From a virus (Duplodnaviria > Caudoviricetes), in IMG/VR virus record IMGVR_UViG_3300042562_000678, positions 607 to 64,606 of that record: a stretch of 64,000 nt of DNA. One strand, 5' to 3'. The notes below the pieces were generated by a model that worked only from the letters and a program-made list of their open reading frames with translations, did no database searches and had not been told where the DNA came from. This document shows positions 56,852-64,000 of the stretch, piece by piece (the first letter of the stretch is position 1; each line of letters begins with the position of its first letter). Made by a program: the position numbers and the translations under genes.

Positions 56852-56985
56852 TCCGGAGAGATTCTCTCCCAAGCGACAACGGCGTCCTGCGCCGTTGTTT
56901 CTTTTCCTGTCCAACGGGAATTCTTACAGCGCATCCCACAAGGGTGTGCTGTGGGGACTATCCTGTCCGCTACTTGGAGAATCAA

Positions 56986-57129
56986 ATGCCCCTGTACAAA
57001 AACAACCCCTACCTGTGCGTCCTCGAGACGCACGACACCTTCTTTGATGCGGCACACGAACAAGCCCTCGATGGCGAATTCGTGGACAGCGACACCCTCC
57101 TTGCCTTCCTCGCAGGTGGAGAACTGTAG
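56986..57129 (+). CDS. small acidic protein
   Basis: GGAGAATCAAATG start. Confidence 0.5.
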   Translation: MPLYKNNPYLCVLETHDTFFDAAHEQALDGEFVDSDTLLAFLAGGEL

Positions 57130-57223
57130 GAACCTCCGCAAGCACAGCGTGCTGTGCTTGCTGGGCAACCCTGCGCCTTGCAGAACCCTGGGAGAGATTC
57201 TCTCCCGCAACTGGAGAAGCAAC

Positions 57224-57439
57224 ATGAAAAAGCACACCAACCTGACCATCAACGGAGTGGTCATCAAGTCCTACATCCCCTGCCTTGAGCGGGGCGGCAA
57301 ACGCTGGCGCGAAGTCCAGATGTGGGAGACCTGCGTAGGGCGTGAAGCACGCCTTCACACAAGCGCAGAAGTCTGCGCCAACTACCTCGAATCCATCGGA
57401 GTACCCATTCCGCACCAACTTAGTGCACAAACTGCCTAG
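57224..57439 (+). CDS. hypothetical protein
   Basis: GGAGAAGCAACATG start. Confidence 0.6.
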   Translation: MKKHTNLTINGVVIKSYIPCLERGGKRWREVQMWETCVGREARLHTSAEVCANYLESIGVPIPHQLSAQTA

Positions 57440-57458
57440 TTTTTAAGCAAAAAATAGC

Positions 57459-57778
57459 TATCCCAGATTAGATGCACTTTCCCCCCGCGTGGACAAGCGT
57501 AAGTGCTTGATTCATATACAGCGTGGGCACACACTGTCCTATCTATCTATCTATATTTATATAGATATAGATATAGAGATGTGTACTCGTGCGCGTTCAG
57601 AATTGCCGGATTTATCAGCTTGAGAAACCTGGCATGAGTTAGCGGGAAAGACTCTCTCCCATTTGCTATAGTGCACTTCCCAAACAGATAGATAGAGTGG
57701 ACAGTACAGCGCATACCCGCGTACAATCAAGCACTTGCAACTGTCCAAACGGGGGGAAAGTTGCTCTAATCATGGATA
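57459..57778. repeat. long imperfect inverted repeat (arms ~94 bp)
   Basis: 57459-57552 aligns with the reverse complement of 57686-57778. Confidence 0.85.
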
Positions 57779-57803
57779 CTTACAGACCGAAAAAGGACAC
57801 ATC

Positions 57804-58463
57804 ATGCCAAAAGGACTATCGAGCTACACCCAAATGAGTGAGCGCGACTTGCACAACGCACTGAGCAAGCGGTACGACTCGCCCGAAGCGGTCGAGCTGG
57901 TGAAAGAGCAAGTGCGTGAAATGCGGAAAAATCTCAAGGCACAACGCGCACACAAGCGCCAGCTTGACCACACCTGGGGGGAATTCATTGCGCCGCTCAT
58001 GCACGAGCGCAAGGTCGTGCGCTCCATGCTGGGCTACAAAGCGGCAAAATCTGGGGATGCCCGCACGCTTGCCTTGCAAGCCTACATCCAGGTGCTCGAC
58101 ACACTGCGCGGCAAGCTTGAGTTACTCAAGAGGGAAAAATCTCAAACACCCATGCAGTTGAACCCCGAGCGCACGCACTGGTGCGACCATGTGCCGTCTC
58201 ACATCAGGGAACGCGTGATTGCCTTGTTCGATGCCATACCGCCTGTAGTACGAGCAAAGCGCAAGCGCCCATTTGAGCGGACAGTGCCCGCCATCCTGCA
58301 CAACAAGCAAAGGGACAGGCTACTCAGGCGCACGACCAAAGACCTGGAGCGGGCGCAGACCGAGGGGGACAAAGACCGCATAGAGCAAATCAGTCAAGCG
58401 CTTGACACCATCAAGCGTCTGCCCATGGGCGAACCTGTGCCAACAACATGGCATGGACTGTGA
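57804..58463 (+). CDS. basic helical hypothetical protein
   Basis: AAGGA SD before ATG57804; HWCDHVP motif. Confidence 0.7.
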   Translation: MPKGLSSYTQMSERDLHNALSKRYDSPEAVELVKEQVREMRKNLKAQRAHKRQLDHTWGEFIAPLMHERKVVRSMLGYKAAKSGDARTLALQAYIQVLDTLRGKLELLKREKSQTPMQLNPERTHWCDHVPSHIRERVIALFDAIPPVVRAKRKRPFERTVPAILHNKQRDRLLRRTTKDLERAQTEGDKDRIEQISQALDTIKRLPMGEPVPTTWHGL

Positions 58464-58572
58464 CCTTGACGGGTGTCAGGGGAAACATTCACGGGAGAGA
58501 TTCTCTCCCACGCTGTACTCGGCATTGGGCTACGCCGCGCACAGCTTTCACCATAGCCTGGAGGAAAAGCAA

Positions 58573-60230
58573 ATGATAGTAAATGTTCGTGGACATTGGT
58601 TGGACTTACCCACCATCGAGTATTCGGTGCTTGTTTCGCTTGGCTCATGGGATGGGCAAGAGACAGAAGAAGACCGAAACATCTTCTACTACACCGACGG
58701 CGAGCCGCTGAGTCTGGGCGATGTAATCGCTGGCGACTTTCGTGTGACTGAAATTTATTGAAAGGGGAAACGAAATGAAAGCGAAAGTTATCTGTATTGA
58801 GGGCTATTGGAAAGACGACCACAAGCGGTTTGAGCGCCGCTGTGTGGTCATGCCCAACGCTGCCACGGACTCGATGGCAACAGACATATTGGAAGGTGTC
58901 AAGGGCAGCTTGGGGTTCCACAACGACATCTTCTATGTGTTCGGAGAAGACGAGCGCATCGTGGGCGAACACCGCGAGTTCGTGGTCGAGTTCTGCAACC
59001 CCATCTATGAGGTTGATGTGGGAGAACTGCAATGAAAACGAAAGAAGAAATGGTCGCCTTCGCCGAGGGCTACCTGCGATGCGCTCTGTATGACGAACAC
59101 ACAGGCGAGTCCATCAAGGGTGTTGATGAGTGGGTGTCTTGGGATGAGTACGACTTCAACTTCGTTGGGTCTGACCACGCCGAGGATGTCCCCGAGTATG
59201 CCCTCATGGTGCTGGTGTACCCAGAGTGGAAAGAGGTGCTGCCCGCACCAGTAGACACATTCATTGTTCAACAGTAAGGAGAAAGCAAATGAAAGTAAGA
59301 AAGCTAAAGCAGCATCACCTAGCGTTGATGAAACACCATGAATTCAGGCGTAAGTGTGCGAGATACAGAGCGGCAGCAAGACTGCGCAGAGCACAACAGC
59401 TTGCGACTGAATTGGTTGAATTGCCAGTAGAGGGTTTGTTTGTGCACGAGCCGTGTAACTTTTGAAGGAGAAGTGAAATGAATCGATACACAGTACAGGT
59501 GCGCTTGTCGTACTACGCCGATGTGGAAGTCGAGGCAGATGACGAACACAGCGCCAAACAGCAGGCAATACGCCAAGCGCACAGAGCGATGGAGAAGGGG
59601 CAAGGGTGCTGGGGCGAAGAACCCAGCGTGACACACATAACCAGTGAAGGAGAAAGCAAATGAAATCTTGTAGAAACTGCGCCCACTCTCGACAAAGTGG
59701 GGCTCATCGTGTCGAACTTGTCTGTCCAGTAAATGGCAGGCGGGTAGCACCAACACCATCCATGAATACGGAAGAAAACATCAAAGCAGACCGGGATTGC
59801 CGAGACATTGCCGCACGCTGCCACGCATATGAACCCGAAGGAGAAAGCAAATGAAGAACCCGATACCAAAGACAGGCTTTGTAGCCACGCCCGATTCACT
59901 CGATGAATTAATGGCGTACTGCGAGCGATTCAGCGGGTCAGAGAAAGCCATCGCCATGTTGGTGGCTACGATGACGCTGAACCTAGCACACAAGCTGGTT
60001 AACGAAGCAACACAAGGAGAGACAACATGAAAGGACTAGACGCACACCACTACGCGGTCATGGACGCGTACCAAGACCTGATCGACAGAGAAGACGCGCA
60101 GTCAGCCCTGGCTGACGCTGAACGCGCACGCTTGCTCGACTTAGTTATCCAGGTGCAGGGCGCACTGGTGCTGAACCAGCAAGACATTGCTATGTGTATT
60201 TTGAATGAAATTGAAAATCACTTGCAGTAA
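58573..60230 (+). CDS. array of eight small early genes (58573-58761, 58775-59035, 59032-59277, 59289-59465, 59478-59663, 59660-59854, 59851-60030, 60027-60230)
   Basis: Each has a GGAG-type SD, mostly the shared GGAGAA(A)GCAAATG motif, and several are ATGA-coupled. Confidence 0.65.
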
Positions 60231-60300
60231 TCGGGAGAGACTCTCTCCCACAAACCGCCGCCTGTCGGGTACAGGCACACAACCATAACTGGAGAATGCA

Positions 60301-62172
60301 ATGAGAATCTATCACGCAACATTTACTTTCGTTAACGATGATCTTGACGCAACAAACGTCAACCACATCAAGCACCGCCATGTGTTCGTAGCCGAAGCTT
60401 TCAACACTCGTGTGTGGCTTGCCATCAAGGGCGTATCCAACGCCTGTCTGTTCAACAACCCGAACACCTGCTTCGTTGAAGCAACGCGCAGTGCAGGCAT
60501 TGAGTCCCCGTGGCTCAGTCGCTCTTACTCTGATATGAATTCAGTCTTGTCACTCACCAGCATAGACGAGGCTATGCAGTCCATGATCGACAACAACACA
60601 TGGAGCGTTGCGTTTGACGAGGCGTCATATGTCGTGGAGCCGCTGACTGGGGCTGAGCGTGCATGGTTCAACTACGAGGGGTATGCGGTGCAACAAAGAC
60701 TGCTTGGCTTGCTGGACTCTCCGTTCTACGGACGCAAGTCCGCGCTGATTGGCGCACGACTAGATCGCATCAGACGCAACGCACGCATCAAGCTGGGGCT
60801 AGATCGTGCACGGGAAACCACGGCGTACTACAAGGGTGTGCGCATTGACGCGCAAAGATTCGTGTATATGCGTAGCACTTTCAAGCAGTTGGGCGCTAAG
60901 GTGCGCGAAGCAATCAAAGACCAGGATGCTGGCGATTTCGATGATTGGTTTGCAGACACCGTCACGGGCTACCACATGGAGCGCATGATTGAAGCGTTTC
61001 CTGCTATTGAGTCAGCGCTGAGTGACGCAGGTGTCATGACCAACCTGGAGCAAACCTACTGCGATCATGTGGTGCCCGCGCACGAGACTGTTGAGGTGCG
61101 CGATGGTGGGCGTATGCGTACATGGTGTGCGGCGTGCCGTGACGACCGCGCAGTATGGGTCGAAGACCAGGAAGAGTACTGGCAGTCAGACGATGCTATG
61201 TGGTCTGAGCGTGAGGACGCGTACTACTCATACGACCGCGACTCCGAGTTGGCAGAGAACGATGATGACGATGACGACTACACCGCTGCGGAGGAACCCA
61301 ATCGCTTGATGAGCTACATGACTGTGGTCACAGACTTTGTGGCAAGGGACACGAGCTTCACGCCGTCTCCGTTCGGTGACCTACTCATAGGCATCGAGCT
61401 TGAGATGGCAACATCGGGGAGCGTAGGCTCAGCGGTTGAGCTTGTGCGCGGCGCACTGGGCGAAGACTACTGCGTATGCAAGTCCGATGGTTCGCTGCCC
61501 CCTGGCGGCTTCGAGGTCGTGACTGCACCACGCAAACTAGACGAGCACATCACGCGCTTTAGCAACTGGTTCGGCGAAGGCATACCAGCGCAGTTTTCTG
61601 CCTGGGATATAGGTTCTTGCGGTATGCACATCCACATCGACTCTCGTGCCTTCACGGCAATGACGCTGGGCAAATTCCTCATGCTCATCAACTCCAACAC
61701 CAATGTGGACTTCATTCGCCGTATCGCTGGTCGCCACCCCTCTGTGGACAAGCAAGCGCGTGAGTACTGCGCGGCAGAAGAGCAAGACATCCTCGACAAC
61801 CCCAAGCACGCTATCAAGAGCAAGAGCACACGCCGCTACCGCATGGTCAACACGACCTGCTTGAAGCGTTCCGAGGCTGACCGCTTGGGTGTGCAGTATG
61901 TCGGTGAGCGCAGCTTCAACACCATCGAGCTTCGCATCTTCCGCTCGTCTCTCAAGCGTGAGCGCATATTGGCGCAGATCGAGTTCACCCATGCCGCTGT
62001 CATGTTCTGCCGTGTCGCAAGCTACCGCGACCTTGACTACTCGAGCTTCATCAAGTGGTTGCGTACCACCAACAACACCTATCCCAACCTTGCCGACTGG
62101 TATGGCGTGCGCCGCCGTGCTACCGCCAAGAATTCAGCACCCGCTGAGTTGCTGTGTGTTGACCGCGTTTAA
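60301..62172 (+). CDS. putative amidoligase (glutamine synthetase-like COOH-NH2 ligase)
   Basis: IGIELE, KSDGSL, GFEVVT, CGMHIH, RY..VN, TIELRIF. Confidence 0.85.
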   Translation: MRIYHATFTFVNDDLDATNVNHIKHRHVFVAEAFNTRVWLAIKGVSNACLFNNPNTCFVEATRSAGIESPWLSRSYSDMNSVLSLTSIDEAMQSMIDNNTWSVAFDEASYVVEPLTGAERAWFNYEGYAVQQRLLGLLDSPFYGRKSALIGARLDRIRRNARIKLGLDRARETTAYYKGVRIDAQRFVYMRSTFKQLGAKVREAIKDQDAGDFDDWFADTVTGYHMERMIEAFPAIESALSDAGVMTNLEQTYCDHVVPAHETVEVRDGGRMRTWCAACRDDRAVWVEDQEEYWQSDDAMWSEREDAYYSYDRDSELAENDDDDDDYTAAEEPNRLMSYMTVVTDFVARDTSFTPSPFGDLLIGIELEMATSGSVGSAVELVRGALGEDYCVCKSDGSLPPGGFEVVTAPRKLDEHITRFSNWFGEGIPAQFSAWDIGSCGMHIHIDSRAFTAMTLGKFLMLINSNTNVDFIRRIAGRHPSVDKQAREYCAAEEQDILDNPKHAIKSKSTRRYRMVNTTCLKRSEADRLGVQYVGERSFNTIELRIFRSSLKRERILAQIEFTHAAVMFCRVASYRDLDYSSFIKWLRTTNNTYPNLADWYGVRRRATAKNSAPAELLCVDRV

Positions 62173-62199
62173 TCAAATAACAATCAAGGAAAAATCACT

Positions 62200-63306
62200 A
62201 TGTGTCTCATCATCACTGGCAAGTCTGCCAAAATCCGCTCGACCCTGCTCGACACCAACGGCCTCATCGCTGACATCTACGCATCGAACCCCGATGGTAT
62301 CGGCATCATGTACTCAACAACCAAGGGGTTGAAGGTCGTCAAGGTTCTGCCCAAGAGCCAAGCCGATGCGACTGCGTTCATCACCAAGCTGCCCAACGAT
62401 GACCGCGAGTTGGCAATCCACTTCCGCTGGACTACGCATGGCGACACTGACCTCATCAACTGCCACCCCTACGATGTTGTCCCTGGCTATGTTGCCATGA
62501 TGCACAACGGCGTGTTGAAGACAGGCAATGCCGCTGACACCACCAAGTCTGACACTTGGCACTTCATCAAGACCTACCTTGCTGACCCTGTGCATGACCA
62601 TCCTGCGCTTATCCACAACGAAGCGTTCTTGACCATGGTTGCTGACTACATCGGCGACAACCGCTTTGTGTTCATGGACGGCGAGGGGCGTATGTCCCAT
62701 GTCAACTACGACCAAGGCATCGAGCATGATGGGCTGTGGTTCAGCAACACCTACGCATGGAGACCCACACGCCTGATACCCACATACTACTCGTCTAGCA
62801 AGCACGCCAGCCGGTATTCCAACTACGGCAAGTATGGCGGCTGGGGCAGCGATGACATCTATGACGATATGTACATGGGGGAGGTCGCACCACGCAAGGC
62901 GTCTGTATCAGCGCACGACCCCAAGTTCAACGAGGACGACTACGAGTGGGTCGATGATGAGATGATTGACGCTGAGTCCATGACCCTGGAGGACATCGAG
63001 CTGCTTGGTGAGTATCTGTTTGACGCAGATGTGGAGGCGGTCGAGGCGTGTCTCGAGGCCATGCCCATGGCTACCATTGATACCATCTTCGACAACTGGG
63101 TGCCAAGCATCACGACCTTCACGCGTGAGCAAGACCTGTCCTCGTATGAGCAAGACATCTACAAAGCCGCGCTCGACCGCGATATTGCCGCGATGCACGA
63201 CTTCGTGCGCAATGGCAAGTCTGCCAGTACGATTGCCGAGGTGCTCTGCTACTACCTCAATTGGTCTCATGTGCGTGCCCAACCCCTGCCCGCCTTGCTT
63301 GCCTGA
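62200..63306 (+). CDS. class II (Ntn) glutamine amidotransferase
   Basis: N-terminal MC, NPDGIG, HFRWTTHG, NCHPY, MHNG, SDT. Confidence 0.9.
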   Translation: MCLIITGKSAKIRSTLLDTNGLIADIYASNPDGIGIMYSTTKGLKVVKVLPKSQADATAFITKLPNDDRELAIHFRWTTHGDTDLINCHPYDVVPGYVAMMHNGVLKTGNAADTTKSDTWHFIKTYLADPVHDHPALIHNEAFLTMVADYIGDNRFVFMDGEGRMSHVNYDQGIEHDGLWFSNTYAWRPTRLIPTYYSSSKHASRYSNYGKYGGWGSDDIYDDMYMGEVAPRKASVSAHDPKFNEDDYEWVDDEMIDAESMTLEDIELLGEYLFDADVEAVEACLEAMPMATIDTIFDNWVPSITTFTREQDLSSYEQDIYKAALDRDIAAMHDFVRNGKSASTIAEVLCYYLNWSHVRAQPLPALLA

Positions 63307-63319
63307 CGGGTGTCAATGT

Positions 63320-63345
63320 CCCCAGGGAATTCCCTGGGGGCTTTT
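63320..63345 (+). terminator. perfect 20-bp palindrome followed by a short T run
   Basis: CCCCAGGGAATTCCCTGGGG then GCTTTT, after the GATase stop. Confidence 0.5.
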
Positions 63346-63498
63346 AATCAAAAGGAACATTCATGTTTGAAGAACTTTATTGCGTTTACTGCGTGACCCC
63401 CAAAGGGGACAGCTACTCTTGTTGCCAAGAGAACCATTTCGTGCCGTTCGATGATCTTTATCCCGAAGATCAGGCGGCTTTACTAGAGGAGATGAAAG

Positions 63499-63783
63499 AT
63501 GACTGACAAGACCTACAACGGCTGGACGAACTACGCCACATGGCGTGTGAACCTGGAGATACTCGATGACGCGGACAAAGCCGAACTGTTCGACCTATCC
63601 TTGCCTGTTGAACAACTGCGCCATGTGCTGCAAGATTATGTGGAGGGGCACATCTATGAAGCAGGCGGGGGCGAAGGCAATATTGCTGTGGACTACGCGT
63701 TGGCATTTCTGTCGGATGTGAACTGGTACGAGATCGCCAAGCACATGATTGACGATGCACAACTGGAGAAGTCTGATGAATAA
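63499..63783 (+). CDS. conserved phage protein (YNGWTNYATW family)
   Basis: YNGWTNYATWRVNL...VNWYEIA. Confidence 0.75.
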   Translation: MTDKTYNGWTNYATWRVNLEILDDADKAELFDLSLPVEQLRHVLQDYVEGHIYEAGGGEGNIAVDYALAFLSDVNWYEIAKHMIDDAQLEKSDE

Positions 63784-63883
63784 CTACACCATGTCCGAGC
63801 GCATTCAGCGCGTTGTTGTTCTGGTCGCACTGATTGTGCTGGCCTTGGATTTATTTATATGGAGGGCGTAGCAACCACTAACT

Positions 63884-63922
63884 TGTCCAACACTTGACAG
63901 AAGTTTATTTGCGAGGTACATT
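63884..63922 (+). promoter_or_regulatory. sigma70 promoter with overlapping operator
   Basis: TTGACA(63894)-17-TACATT(63917); TGTCCAACACTTGACA covers the -35. Confidence 0.7.
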
Positions 63923-64000
63923 TTCAAAAACGGAGAAGCACAAATGCACTACCACACACCGCCCTACGACACGGGCAAAGTAAAGATCGGTCTGCTGTAC

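Larger units (their letters stand above)
56599..60249. repeat. dispersed palindrome GGGAGAGA(T/C)TCTCTCCC, 6 copies
   Basis: 56599, 56854, 57190, 57644 (one mismatch), 58493, 60233. Confidence 0.9.

Noticed and set aside
56599-60249. Palindromic repeats as a CRISPR array
   Set aside because: They are only 17 bp, irregularly spaced hundreds to more than 1700 bp apart, with genes between them and no cas operon

Overview
The window looks like most or all of a tailed dsDNA phage genome (Caudoviricetes, podovirus-like layout resembling uncultured freshwater or P22-like short-tailed phages; the host cannot be determined from the sequence). It has two transcriptional arms. The plus strand carries small early genes (56.4-64 kb and 1-4.7 kb), including an amidoligase + class II glutamine amidotransferase pair, and a replication module (4.1-14.8 kb: VRR-NUC, PolA with Leu762, PD-(D/E)XK exonuclease, HNH, SNF2 helicase, SSB-like protein, HTH, primase/DUF927 helicase). 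The minus strand (55.8 to 14.7 kb) carries terminase, portal, GroES-like protein, scaffold, major capsid, small basic proteins, tail and fibre proteins, lysis genes and ejection proteins ending in a 3149-aa polyvalent protein. The most striking unannotated signals are non-coding. (1) A ~130-nt candidate sRNA (~55896-56024) has its own sigma70 promoter and terminator, and its unpaired seed CAUUUGCUUCUCC is the reverse complement of a GGAGAAGCAAATG RBS/start motif shared by about 13 early and replication genes. (2) A pseudoknotted leader downstream of the capsid gene has its promoter buried in the capsid terminator. (3) Two dispersed palindromic operator families are present. (4) A ~320-bp imperfect inverted repeat lies in the early region. 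Unusual protein features include a FUS-like Q/M/G plus RGG/YGG low-complexity protein and a recurrent [MFYL]xxGG tag. Family assignments are from motif recognition and gene order only; no database searches were run.
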